64,000 nt of DNA from Bacteroidota bacterium (GTDB taxonomy: Bacteria; Bacteroidota; Ignavibacteria; UBA10030; SZUA-254): contig DATJGD010000065.1 of the NCBI GenBank assembly GCA_035495255.1, positions 7,256 through 71,255 of the forward strand, in the 5' to 3' direction. Below, in pieces: positions 1-9,391 of this stretch. Under the pieces are notes generated by a model. The model saw only the letters and a program-made list of their open reading frames with translations, did no database searches and was not told the DNA's origin. Made by a program: the position numbers and the translations under genes. The first letter of the stretch is position 1, and each line of letters opens with the position of its first letter.

Positions 1-653
1 AGCTCTGAGATTGTGACGTTGGTGCCGATGCGCATTCCGGTTTTGATTTTGACACCGAAGCTTTCAATGAGTTTAACCTCGTTCAAGCTGTCCTGGAATT
101 TCATCTTGTAGGGAGCGATACCCCAGGTATCCAGCCCTCCGGGGACAGACTTGCTCTCGTAGACGGTGACGTCGTAGCCCATGAGGGCGAGCTCCGCGGA
201 ACAGGCGAGTCCCGAAGGTCCGCCGCCGATGATACCGACCGACTTTCCGTTCTTCGGCTTCGGAGTAAACAACGGCTGCATCCCGTTGGAAAAATACGTG
301 TCGATGGCGTACCGCTGTAACCGCCCGATCTCGATCGGTTTTTCTCCGCGTTCATTGTAGACGCAGGCTCCTTCGCACAGGACGTCCACCGGGCATGCTT
401 TCGCGCACGTAAGCGCGATCCAGTTCGATTCGAAAATAGTTTTTGCGGAGCCCTTCATGTTGCCCGTCGCGATCTTCTTGATGAACGTCGAAATGTCGAT
501 ATGCGTAGGGCACGCCTTCATGCACGGTGAGTCGTAACAATAGAGACAACGGTTGGACTCTGTGACCGCCTGATTCTTGTCAAACGCAGGATGAAGCTCC
601 GAGAAATTATCCTCGTATTCGGTGGGAGTGAGTTTAGGGGCGATGTTCTTCAT
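1..653 (-). CDS. preT: PreT-like subunit of NAD-dependent dihydropyrimidine dehydrogenase (GltD/DPD N-terminal FeS plus FAD/NAD(P) domains). Partial: the C-terminus lies beyond the window start.
   Basis: Absent from the ORF track because the frame is open at the edge. I checked every in-frame triplet from ATG (comp. 653-651) to position 3 and found no stop. Translation: MKNIAPKLTPTEYEDNFSELHP..NRCLYCYDSPCMKACPTHIDISTFIKKIATGN..LTCAKACPVDVLCEGACV (two Cys clusters as in DPD/GltD), then VGIIGGGPSGLACSAELALMGYDVTVYE (GxGxxG fold). Confidence 0.85.
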   Translation of the reverse strand, partial: MKNIAPKLTPTEYEDNFSELHPAFDKNQAVTESNRCLYCYDSPCMKACPTHIDISTFIKKIATGNMKGSAKTIFESNWIALTCAKACPVDVLCEGACVYNERGEKPIEIGRLQRYAIDTYFSNGMQPLFTPKPKNGKSVGIIGGGPSGLACSAELALMGYDVTVYESKSVPGGLDTWGIAPYKMKFQDSLNEVKLIESFGVKIKTGMRIGTNVTISE

Positions 654-668
654 AATTTCACAGGTTAA

Positions 669-1412
669 TTATTTGATTTTCTCCCACACGACATCCTGTC
701 CGTTTCTCCGTTCGCGCATGACCATGGCGCCCTTGTCGTTCTTCACGAAAAGCTTGCGGCCCCTGGAATCGCCGGCACGAAAGAAAACGTTCTCCGTTTC
801 CGGCTTCAACGCGGCTTTCACGCGGCCGATCCGTTGAAAATACAGCGTATCGTTGCGGAGCGAGATCGTGCAGGTGACGCTGTCGGACAGCCGGTATGTT
901 CCGGTGTATTTCTGGAGCACGGATGTTGGAAGAGTGATCGAAGGAGGAGGCAGCGGTACTTCAAAAATCTGGCCCGAGACCATTTGCCACGAAGTATCGT
1001 TTCTGACGTACGTATTCATAACAGCATACTTCGTGTGGAGCTTGTTATCAAACACGTCTTCAAATTCATCCGCGACATATTTAATAACGGCAGTCTTGTC
1101 GTAAAATACCGTTTTCACATCTGTGACATTAATATGACCGCTGTATCCCTTCGGCAGCGGACGAATCTGAGAAACGAACGCCTGCTTTGTCACCGTTTCT
1201 CCGTCTTCGTTCACGATGAAACAATCGCGGTGCATGTATTTGTTGAAATTCTTAGAACTCCCGACTCCGAGATCGTTCATACAGGCCTGTTCGATGTTGA
1301 CAAGCTGGCGAGTGTACTTCGCGCTGTCGGAGGGAGAGATCTGAGCATGCAGAAACGGAACAGTTGTCAATGCCGATACGGCAAGTAAGAATAATTTTGT
1401 CCGGGTACTCAA
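669..1412 (-). CDS. Secreted hypothetical protein, SnoaL/NTF2-like (DUF4440-like) by pattern only
   Basis: The track ORF 669..1514 overlaps the upstream ALDH. A TTG at comp. 1412-1410, 11 nt after the ALDH stop, gives the signal-peptide-like start MSTRTKLFLLAVSALTTVPFLHAQ. No catalytic motif recognised. Confidence 0.6.
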   Translation of the reverse strand: MSTRTKLFLLAVSALTTVPFLHAQISPSDSAKYTRQLVNIEQACMNDLGVGSSKNFNKYMHRDCFIVNEDGETVTKQAFVSQIRPLPKGYSGHINVTDVKTVFYDKTAVIKYVADEFEDVFDNKLHTKYAVMNTYVRNDTSWQMVSGQIFEVPLPPPSITLPTSVLQKYTGTYRLSDSVTCTISLRNDTLYFQRIGRVKAALKPETENVFFRAGDSRGRKLFVKNDKGAMVMRERRNGQDVVWEKIK

Positions 1413-1423
1413 TGGTTGTTCGA

Positions 1424-2953
1424 TTAGTAGATATTCGTCTCTCGCTTCTTTCCTGTGTAGTCCAAATATACGACTTTCAGCTCGGTATAAAATTCGAAGG
1501 CTTCGCTTCCGCATTCCTTCGGGCCGATAGCGGTCGATTTAATTCCGCCAAAGGGGGCCTGTGCTTCTCCGCCGATTGTCGGGGTGTTGATATGGACCTT
1601 TCCAACTTCGGCAAGTTCCGCAAATTTCATGATCTTTGCCATGTCCTGCGAATACAATGACGCCGAGAGGCCGTATTTCACGTTGTTCGCAAGCTCGACC
1701 GCCTCGTCGAAATCTTTCGCCTCTATAATAGAGACGACCGGGCCGAAAATCTCCTCCTGGGCGATTCGCATCTTCATGTTGACGTTGCCGAAGAGCGTCG
1801 GCTCGACGAAATATCCCTGCTTATGCCGGTCGTCCTGCATGCGCCCGCCGCCCGCGACCAAAGTCGCGCCTTCGGATCTTCCGATATCGATGTATTTAAG
1901 AACAGTATTCATCTGGTTCTCTTCGACCGACGGGCCGATGTCGGTTTGCTCGTCCATTCCGTCGCCAATGCGGATTGCCCGCATGCGCGTCTGGAGTACC
2001 TCTGTGAATTTCTTTGCGACAGATGCTTCCACGATCACCCGGCTTGCGGCGGTGCATCGCTGCCCTGTCGAGCCAAACCCGCCCTGGATAACTCCTTCGG
2101 CCGCTATGGCAAGGTCCGCGTCTTCGAGGACGACGATGGGATTTTTGCCGCCCATTTCGCACTGGACTCTGATGCCGCGTTTGGCTGCCTGAGCATAAAT
2201 TGCGTTTCCAACAAGATTCGATCCGGTGAACGAGATGGCGCTGACGTCCGGATTATTGACAAGCTCGTCCCCGACTGTCTTGCCGCCGCCGTGCACGAGA
2301 TTGATAACGCCCGGAGGAAATCCCGCCGCTTCGAGAATCTCGACAATTTTCACCGCGGTGAGGGGAGTGTACGTCGAAGGTTTAAACACGACAGTGTTGC
2401 CTGCGACCAGGGCCGGGGCAAGCTTCCAGACCGGCACTGCCACCGGAAAGTTCCAGGGTGTGATCAACGCGCAAACGCCGACCGGCTGGCGGATCGTATA
2501 GATGAACGTGTTCTGCAACTCGGAAGGAATGGTCGAACCCTTCAGCCGGCGTCCTTCACCTGCCGCGTATTCCATAATATTAATAGAGCGCTGGATTTCA
2601 CCGCGAGATTCGCGGAGAATCTTTCCTTCTTCTTTTGTAAGAGCTACCGCAACGTCTTCAATGCGTTCCTGAAGCAACAGCATCGCGTTGAACATGAGCT
2701 TCCCGCGCACCGGGGCTGGTGTCGCGCGCCATTTTGCGAATGCTTCCTTTGCTGCCGAGATCGCGGCTTTCGCTTCCTCACGGGTGGAAAGGGGAGTATT
2801 GCAAAGAATTTCTGTCGTCTTCGCGGGGTTGATGTTCGGGACGGTCCTGCCGCTTGCCGATGCGACCCATTTCCCGCCGATGAAGTTCTTAACGGTAGTG
2901 ATCGGTGTTCCTGATTTGGAGGCTTTTTCTTCCCGAAGCGTGCCTGTTTCCAT
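1424..2953 (-). CDS. NAD(P)-dependent aldehyde dehydrogenase family protein
   Basis: ALDH motifs ITPWNFP, VFKPS, SFTGS, VQCEMGGKNP (catalytic Glu), GQRCTAASR (catalytic Cys) and EEIFGPV. Start moved to METGT (ATG comp. 2953-2951), overlapping the mmsA stop by 1 nt (TAATG). Confidence 0.9.
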   Translation of the reverse strand: METGTLREEKASKSGTPITTVKNFIGGKWVASASGRTVPNINPAKTTEILCNTPLSTREEAKAAISAAKEAFAKWRATPAPVRGKLMFNAMLLLQERIEDVAVALTKEEGKILRESRGEIQRSINIMEYAAGEGRRLKGSTIPSELQNTFIYTIRQPVGVCALITPWNFPVAVPVWKLAPALVAGNTVVFKPSTYTPLTAVKIVEILEAAGFPPGVINLVHGGGKTVGDELVNNPDVSAISFTGSNLVGNAIYAQAAKRGIRVQCEMGGKNPIVVLEDADLAIAAEGVIQGGFGSTGQRCTAASRVIVEASVAKKFTEVLQTRMRAIRIGDGMDEQTDIGPSVEENQMNTVLKYIDIGRSEGATLVAGGGRMQDDRHKQGYFVEPTLFGNVNMKMRIAQEEIFGPVVSIIEAKDFDEAVELANNVKYGLSASLYSQDMAKIMKFAELAEVGKVHINTPTIGGEAQAPFGGIKSTAIGPKECGSEAFEFYTELKVVYLDYTGKKRETNIY

Positions 2954-4434
2954 TAGCTCATCCAGTTGACGCGTGATTCGGGATTCCATTTAATAGTAGT
3001 CTTCTTCGGCTTGGTGAAAAACTCGATCGAGCTTTTGCCGGTGATGTCGCAGGCGCCGAACTTCGATTCATTCCATCCGCCAAACGAGAAAGGCTCGCGG
3101 GGAACAGGCACGCCGATATTCACGCCGATCATTCCGGCGTGTGCGCGTTCGATTACGTAGCGGGCCGCACCGCCGCTTTGAGTGAAGACCGAAGCAGCAT
3201 TTCCGTAGGGAGAATTGTTTTCTATCTTCAGTGCCTCGTCGACATTTTGCGCCCTCATGATTGCAAGGACAGGCCCGAAAACCTCTTCCTGAGCAATTTT
3301 CATCTCCGGACGCACGAAATCAATTACGGTCGGTCCGACGAAAAATCCGCCTTCTTTTCCCGGAACCACTGCGCCACGCCCGTCGACGAGGACTTTCGCG
3401 CCGTCGTTCTCGGCTTCTGTGATGTAGCGTTCGATGCGCTCTTTCGCCTGCCGGGAAATCACCGCGCCCAGGTTCTTTCCGGGGATAATCTTCTTTGCCT
3501 CATCGCAGAGTTTCTTGATAATGTGGTCGACCTGGCCGACGGCGACCATCGCCGATGCCGCCATGCACCGCTGACCGGCGCAGCCGCTCATCGATGCTGC
3601 AATATTCGATGCCGCCATGTCTTCGTGCGCATCGGGGAGTACGATAAGGTGGTTCTTCGCACCGCCGAGGCACAATGCGCGTTTGCCGTGAGAGGTGGCG
3701 CGCTGGTAAACGATTTTGGCGACACGCGTGGAGCCGACAAATGTCAACGCGTCGACACCGGGATGATCGCAGAGCGCCTCGACGGCGGCCTGAGACCCAT
3801 GAACGACATTGAATACGCCATCCGGCAAGCCGGCCTCTTTCAGCAATTCGGCGATCCGCATCGAGCTGAGCGGGACCTGCTCAGATGGTTTAAGAATCAT
3901 GGTGTTTCCCAGGACGAGAGCGTTCGGAATCGTCCAGTTCGGGACCATGGTGGGAAAATTAAAGGGAGAGATCGAGACAACAACGCCGACCGGGTGCCGG
4001 TCGATCCGGCACTCTACGCCCCTGCTGACTTCCAGAATTTCGCCGGCGACAAGCTGCGGCATCGAGCAGGCAAACTCGGTGACTTCGATCGACTTCTCGA
4101 CTTCCGCCATCGCCTCGCTTAAAATCTTTCCGTTCTCTTCCTGGACGAGCGCGGCGAGTTCCTGCGCATGTTGTTCCATCAATGTCTTGTAGCGGAAAAA
4201 TACCTGCGATCGCTCTTTAATAGGCATCGCCGACCATGCCGGAAAAGCGGCACGCGCGGTTCGAACCGCTTCATCGACGTCTTGCGAGGTTGAAAGCGGA
4301 ACGGTGGCTATTTCAGCGCCGATCGATGGATTTGTTACGGAGAGAGTTTCCCGCGCGATGGAAGCGCGGCTCTTTCCGTTTATGAAATTGGAAAGCAGAG
4401 TTGCTTTTTTTATTGGAGAAGTGCCGACATCCAT
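2953..4434 (-). CDS. mmsA: Methylmalonate/malonate-semialdehyde dehydrogenase (CoA-acylating)
   Basis: ALDH fold with MmsA-type signatures: SPFNFP, ILKPSE, FVGST, CLGGAKNH, AGQRCMAAS, EEVFGPV and the C-terminal GVNIGVPVPREPFSFGGWNESKFG. Confidence 0.85.
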   Translation of the reverse strand: MDVGTSPIKKATLLSNFINGKSRASIARETLSVTNPSIGAEIATVPLSTSQDVDEAVRTARAAFPAWSAMPIKERSQVFFRYKTLMEQHAQELAALVQEENGKILSEAMAEVEKSIEVTEFACSMPQLVAGEILEVSRGVECRIDRHPVGVVVSISPFNFPTMVPNWTIPNALVLGNTMILKPSEQVPLSSMRIAELLKEAGLPDGVFNVVHGSQAAVEALCDHPGVDALTFVGSTRVAKIVYQRATSHGKRALCLGGAKNHLIVLPDAHEDMAASNIAASMSGCAGQRCMAASAMVAVGQVDHIIKKLCDEAKKIIPGKNLGAVISRQAKERIERYITEAENDGAKVLVDGRGAVVPGKEGGFFVGPTVIDFVRPEMKIAQEEVFGPVLAIMRAQNVDEALKIENNSPYGNAASVFTQSGGAARYVIERAHAGMIGVNIGVPVPREPFSFGGWNESKFGACDITGKSSIEFFTKPKKTTIKWNPESRVNWMS

Positions 4435-4493
4435 TTCGAAAACCTCTAATTCTTGAAGGCAAAAAGGTGAGTAATAATCTCATAAATCCGGCT

Positions 4494-4537
4494 ACAAAAT
4501 GCAAATTGCAGGGGGAAGGATCCCGCCTGCAATTGCA
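4494..4537 (-). terminator. Rho-independent terminator downstream of the T9SS cargo gene
   Basis: Hand-paired stem 4500-4515 / 4523-4537 (14 bp, one bulge, one mismatch, 7-nt loop). It is followed on the minus strand by TTTTGT (complement of 4499-4494). Confidence 0.7.
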
Positions 4538-4564
4538 TAGCCTACGCTTAGATATGAGAAATCG

Positions 4565-6601
4565 TTACTTCATGAGGAGCATTTTCTCCGATTGCACGAA
4601 GTTTCCGACGCTCATGCGTACCATATAGATGCCGCTCGGGAGATTCGAGGCGTCCCATAGCGCAGAGTACTCACCCGGTTGTTTTACTTCATTCACCAGC
4701 GATGCTACCTCTTGTCCCAACACATTGTAAACCTTTAGTCTGACGAACCTGCTTTCAGCGATGCTGTACTTGATGCTCGTCGTTGGATTAAAGGGGTTGG
4801 GATAGTTCTTCAACAACGCATCCGACATCGGTTTGCTGTCCGGGGTCTTACCGTCATACTCCGGCGGAGGCGGTGGATACTCATCAACAATTCTCGGGAT
4901 CCTTGTCCTTGGCGCGCCCGTCGCATTGCCGCAATCGATTATGATCTGCCCTGCCCCTGTGCATTTCACCCAATAGGCAAGTCCCGGCCGCAATGTATCG
5001 GAAGCGCTATAACCAGTGGTGTATGCGAAAAAGGGGGAACTAATTGTCGTCCCCACTGCTATCACCGCAGAGGTCGGGAATAAGCAGGAGGGACCGCCAA
5101 CCATGTTCCAGCCGTTTTGAACGCTGAGGGTTTCGCTCGCAAGGTACGTCCCATTGATCGAGGTGGCATTGCTCCCGCTGAATTTTATCCAGTACCCGAC
5201 ACCGTTAAGGAGGTTCGTTTGCGGTTGATAACCGCCGGCACTTGAATAACTGAATGCGGCAGACACCGCCTGCGGAAACAGATTAGCCTTCTGGTTATCA
5301 ATGACTTTCACCGGCAGTGAAAGCATATTCCAGGAATCGGCCCAGGTCACGAGCATATTCGTTTGCGTGACAATATTCACGACAACTCCCGAGTCGCCCG
5401 GATGCGCGAGTGTTTGTTCGACTTCCCATCCGAACGGCAACCCGCCCATCTGAAAGTGATACGTGCCGATCTTGTTGGAGACCGCCGCCGTGAAATTTCC
5501 CGTCACAGAATCGGTGTTCGTCTGGGAATATGCAGTATCGTTTGTTGCAAAGAGTTGTAGTGAGTAGTTTACAGGAGACCCATTCACTTTCACCTTGCCC
5601 TTGATTTGCGAATTGACAGAGTACACGATCAGCGTTCGGTAGAGGCTGTCCGTCGCGGAGATTGACGGAAGATTGAACTGTGTCGTAAGGATCGACTGGG
5701 TGACTCCCTGGCAATTGCAATCTGTTCCCAGCATCCAGGTGTCGCCGGTTAATTCTCCGGCCTGCAGCCCGATCTGGAAAAATCCCGATGCACCCGTCTG
5801 CCCGTTATGCTGCACCAAGCCATCGCTTCTCCGGAGCTGGACGCCAACCTGGGACAAGTCGTTTCCATTGTCGTCCTTGACGTGGCCTGCAACCTGGGCT
5901 GCCGCCTGGACGAATGTAAAATTGTTGCCGGAATGGTTTCCAGTGATGACGAGTTCGATCTGGTCAGGAGTAATGATGCTCGGAGGGAATGGATTGGAAT
6001 TGATCCTGATTTGCCAAGGATTTCCCGCGGTGTCGGCATTCATCTCTATTGTATAGTTGCCGCTTGAATCTGTGACGCCGTCCCAAAAGTTAGGTTGACC
6101 TGCCTGGTCGTTTCTGTGAACCTCGACGAAGATATACCGGGCGCTTTTGCCGGCGGGAGGGGTAACGTGACCCGAGATGGAGTGTACGGGTGAAGCAAGC
6201 GGAGATACGGTTCCCGCGACGGCGAGTCCGGTGCCGTTATTTTTCGCTTTGAAAATATATTTTCCCGGCGCCAGGCCTACGGGTTGTGAGAAGGAGATGC
6301 TTCCGTTCACTAGTCCGTCCATATCCGGGGGGCCACCGTTGCCGTTTGAAACTCCGTCCGTTTGTCCAAATGCGAAGATCAGGACGTCCGTTGCGGGGTC
6401 GGCGACGCCGTTTTGATTGACATCGTACCAGAGCTCGCAATCAGCCGTGGCTCCCGTTGGAAGGTTATAGCTCCAGGAGACCGCGTCACCCGAAACGAAC
6501 GAAAAGTTTGAGCTTACTCCGTTGACGACTAAATTTGTTACCTGTGCTTCTGCGAGGGAAACTGCGACCATCAAACCGAAAATCAATACGAGATATTTCA
6601 T
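4565..6601 (-). CDS. Secreted multi-domain beta-sandwich protein with a T9SS (Por) C-terminal sorting domain
   Basis: Signal peptide MKYLVLIFGLMVAVSLAEAQ. CarboxypepD_reg-like segments (SGHVTPPAGKS..TDSSGNYTI; AGHVKDDNGNDL..GASGFFQI). C-terminal LKNYPNPFNPTTSIKYSI..LPSGIYMVRM..KMLLMK is typical of T9SS CTDs. Confidence 0.85.
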   Translation of the reverse strand: MKYLVLIFGLMVAVSLAEAQVTNLVVNGVSSNFSFVSGDAVSWSYNLPTGATADCELWYDVNQNGVADPATDVLIFAFGQTDGVSNGNGGPPDMDGLVNGSISFSQPVGLAPGKYIFKAKNNGTGLAVAGTVSPLASPVHSISGHVTPPAGKSARYIFVEVHRNDQAGQPNFWDGVTDSSGNYTIEMNADTAGNPWQIRINSNPFPPSIITPDQIELVITGNHSGNNFTFVQAAAQVAGHVKDDNGNDLSQVGVQLRRSDGLVQHNGQTGASGFFQIGLQAGELTGDTWMLGTDCNCQGVTQSILTTQFNLPSISATDSLYRTLIVYSVNSQIKGKVKVNGSPVNYSLQLFATNDTAYSQTNTDSVTGNFTAAVSNKIGTYHFQMGGLPFGWEVEQTLAHPGDSGVVVNIVTQTNMLVTWADSWNMLSLPVKVIDNQKANLFPQAVSAAFSYSSAGGYQPQTNLLNGVGYWIKFSGSNATSINGTYLASETLSVQNGWNMVGGPSCLFPTSAVIAVGTTISSPFFAYTTGYSASDTLRPGLAYWVKCTGAGQIIIDCGNATGAPRTRIPRIVDEYPPPPPEYDGKTPDSKPMSDALLKNYPNPFNPTTSIKYSIAESRFVRLKVYNVLGQEVASLVNEVKQPGEYSALWDASNLPSGIYMVRMSVGNFVQSEKMLLMK

Positions 6602-6759
6602 CTCAGCCCTTTCAATAGTGGTTATGATAAATTAAAGCCAGCTAATGTAAGGAATTTTTCTGATGATGTAAAGCAATTTATAACATGGCGGGACTAACTC
6701 CTATTTAAATAAGAGATTAGGACTATCGGGAATAGAAATACGAATGAATACCGCCCGGA

Positions 6760-8100
6760 TTAGGAGCTCAGCGCGGCGTCAGCAATGCTCAGCGCTGAAT
6801 CCAGCGCCTGGACACCCTGATCAATCTCCTGCTCCGTAATGATGAGTGGAGGTGCGACGACGAAATGGCTCACCCATGCCTGGATAAATACTCCGTTCTT
6901 CATCATTTCTCCGGCGACTTTATCGACAAGAAGGGGGATTCCGCTTACTTTATCCTTGTATGTGTTGAACGGCTCCTTCGTTGTCTGGTTTTTGACCAAT
7001 TCGACAGCCCAGAATAGACCGATTCCCCGCACTTCGCCAATCGAAGGATGTTTCGCTTTGAGGGCATGAAGTTTCTTGCCGAGATATTCGCCAATCGTAT
7101 TCGCGCGGTCTATTAAATTAAGGCGCTTGTACTCGTTGATCGCCGCAATCGCCGGCGCGAGCGTAAGGGGATGAGCCTCGTAGGTATGGCCGTGGGAAAA
7201 GTAGTGATCATTGAAGAAATCACCGATCGCCTTCGTCGTGGCGCAGAGTCCCAGCGGCATGTACGCCGTTGTAATGCCTTTTGCGGTCGTCAGAATATCG
7301 GGCAGTACATTCCAGTGATCCATCGCGAACCATTTTCCCGTGCGGCCCCATCCGGTCATGACTTCGTCCGCAATGAGGAGGACCCCATGCTTGTCGCAGA
7401 TCTGGCGAAGGCGCGGCATGTATTCTTTCGGCGGAATGAGCACGCCGTTGGTGCCGACGACGGGTTCGAGAATAACGGCGGCAACATCGCTTTCGTTCTC
7501 GATCATGTGCTCGACATACTCGACGCAGGCGATGCCGCAATCGGGGTATGTATGCTTAATCGGGCAGCGATAACAGTGGACTTCCGGAGCGAAGATGACG
7601 CCGGGTATCTTTCCGGCAGGCTCCATTGCCCAGCGGCGCGGATCGCTTGTCGCCGCGATTGAGCCCATCGTGGATCCATGGTACGAATGATAGCGGGCGA
7701 TGATTTTTGTTTTCCCCGTATACATCCGTGCGATTTTGAACGCAGCTTCGTTTGCCTCGGTGCCTGAAGTTGCGTAGAAGAATTTTTCCAGTCCCTTCGG
7801 CAAGACTTCGAGGAGCTGCTTGCTGAGCTCGGCCCGGACGTCAGTCGCAAAGCCGGGGCCGATGAAGGGGAGCTTCCGGGCCTGTTCCTCTATCGCCTTC
7901 GTGACGGCCTGGTTCTTGTAGCCGAGATGTACGCACATAAGCTGTGCGGAGAAATCGAGGTATCGTTTTCCCGAGGCATCGATGAAGTAGCATCCCTCGG
8001 CATCTACGACATGGAGCGGCTTCCAGTTTTTCTGGAAACGCCAGGTGCCGTAGGTGAGGCTTGCGGTGAGTTCGGAAGCGGACAGGTTTGAATTCTCCAT
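6760..8100 (-). CDS. Class-III PLP aminotransferase (omega-amino acid / beta-alanine:pyruvate aminotransferase-like)
   Basis: SGTEANEAAFKIAR, LIADEVMTGWGRTGKWFA, TTAKG (PLP Lys region). The track ORF runs to 8700 through a Ser/Arg-rich stretch overlapping the next gene, so MENSNLS (ATG comp. 8100-8098) is taken as the start. Confidence 0.85.
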   Translation of the reverse strand: MENSNLSASELTASLTYGTWRFQKNWKPLHVVDAEGCYFIDASGKRYLDFSAQLMCVHLGYKNQAVTKAIEEQARKLPFIGPGFATDVRAELSKQLLEVLPKGLEKFFYATSGTEANEAAFKIARMYTGKTKIIARYHSYHGSTMGSIAATSDPRRWAMEPAGKIPGVIFAPEVHCYRCPIKHTYPDCGIACVEYVEHMIENESDVAAVILEPVVGTNGVLIPPKEYMPRLRQICDKHGVLLIADEVMTGWGRTGKWFAMDHWNVLPDILTTAKGITTAYMPLGLCATTKAIGDFFNDHYFSHGHTYEAHPLTLAPAIAAINEYKRLNLIDRANTIGEYLGKKLHALKAKHPSIGEVRGIGLFWAVELVKNQTTKEPFNTYKDKVSGIPLLVDKVAGEMMKNGVFIQAWVSHFVVAPPLIITEQEIDQGVQALDSALSIADAALSS

Positions 8101-8167
8101 AAGGGGGTCTTGGGTTCTGGTTCGTAGTTTTGGTTCTCTATCGAAAATTCGGGCGATAGATCGGGTG

Positions 8168-9043
8168 TTAGCGTTCAACCGCGCTGATTGCCCCGTACTC
8201 CTCAGGTCTGCGATCGCGGAAGAACTGCCACACGTCGCGCACTTCCTGGATCTCGTCCAAATTGAGTTCGGCAACGACAAGGAAGTCCTTGTCGCGCGGC
8301 GCTTCGGCAATGATCTTGCCGCGCGGCGTGCAGAAATAGCTCTGGCCGTAGAACTCGCCGATATTCCATGGCGCTTCGAATCCGACGCGGTTGATCGCGC
8401 CGACAAAATATCCGTTTGCGACGGCGTGCGCTGGCTGTTCGAGCTTCCAGAGATACTCAGAAAGCCCGGCGACTGTCGCCGATGGATTGAATACGATTTC
8501 TGCGCCGTTGAGTCCGAGGATGCGCGCGCCTTCGGGGAAGTGCCGGTCGTAGCAGATGTAGACGCCGACATCGGCATAGGCTGTCTTGAACACGGGGAAC
8601 CCGAGATTGCCCGGTTTGAAATAGAATTTTTCCCAGAATCCGGGCTCGACCTGCGGGATATGATGCTTGCGGTATTTGCCGAGGTATTTCCCGTCAGCAT
8701 CGATAACGACAGCAGTATTATAGTAGACGCCGGGCATTTCTTCCTCGTACATGGGAACGACGATAACCATACTATGCTTCTTCGCGACTTCCTGCATGAG
8801 TTTCACCGTCGGGCCGTCGGGGATCGGCTCTACGAGCGCGTACCATTTTTTCTTTTGCTCTGCGCAAAAATACGGCCCGTAAAACAACTCCTGCATACAG
8901 AGGACCTGCACCCCCCGCTTTGCAGCCTCTCCGATCATGGTGAGATGCTTGTCGATCATGGCCTTCTTGAGTGCATCGATCGGCTGTTCAGTGGAACCGG
9001 CCAATGTGGCCTGAATTAAACCCCCGCGGACTATGCGTGACAT
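8168..9043 (-). CDS. Beta-ureidopropionase-like carbon-nitrogen hydrolase (nitrilase superfamily)
   Basis: CN-hydrolase Glu-Lys-Cys context (MQELF, YRKHHIP, VYICYDRHFPE). Also NPSAT, LWKLEQPAHAVANGYFVGAINRVG, FYGQSYF and LNLDEIQEVRDVWQFFRDRRPEEY, which resemble eukaryote-type beta-ureidopropionase. Confidence 0.8.
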   Translation of the reverse strand: MSRIVRGGLIQATLAGSTEQPIDALKKAMIDKHLTMIGEAAKRGVQVLCMQELFYGPYFCAEQKKKWYALVEPIPDGPTVKLMQEVAKKHSMVIVVPMYEEEMPGVYYNTAVVIDADGKYLGKYRKHHIPQVEPGFWEKFYFKPGNLGFPVFKTAYADVGVYICYDRHFPEGARILGLNGAEIVFNPSATVAGLSEYLWKLEQPAHAVANGYFVGAINRVGFEAPWNIGEFYGQSYFCTPRGKIIAEAPRDKDFLVVAELNLDEIQEVRDVWQFFRDRRPEEYGAISAVER

Positions 9044-9391
9044 AACATGTTTCCTTTAGTTGACATAATAAGTTTAGGCAATTAATTAATGGATTTTTGC
9101 AGCCATAGTCAAATGCATTTTGAATGAAACCCGGAGGACGTTCCCGTTGTTATTTGAAATGAATAAGAAATTTTTGTCAGCTCATGTTCAACTCAACTAT
9201 CGTACCGGGTGTACCGGGGACATCCGGCACACTCGCTTCGGGCGTCGGCCTACTATAATTACCTTACTAAAAGAATACTCACTTCACAGTATGGGTTTTT
9301 TCTTGTATCGAGCTGATTTAAGTTTTACCTTGAAAAAGTGCTTTTTATCTAACTCACACACCACACACACTCATATACAAAGGGTCTCATC

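Noticed and set aside
1823-4122. Two plus-strand ORFs of 363 aa and 327 aa (1823-2914, 3139-4122) opposite the two ALDH genes
   Set aside because: Both are antisense shadows. The minus frames carry complete ALDH catalytic motifs.
8101-8700. N-terminal 200-aa extension of the aminotransferase ORF in the track
   Set aside because: It is a Ser/Arg/Thr-rich low-complexity stretch that fully overlaps the beta-ureidopropionase gene in another frame. Aminotransferase homology begins at MENSNLS (8100).
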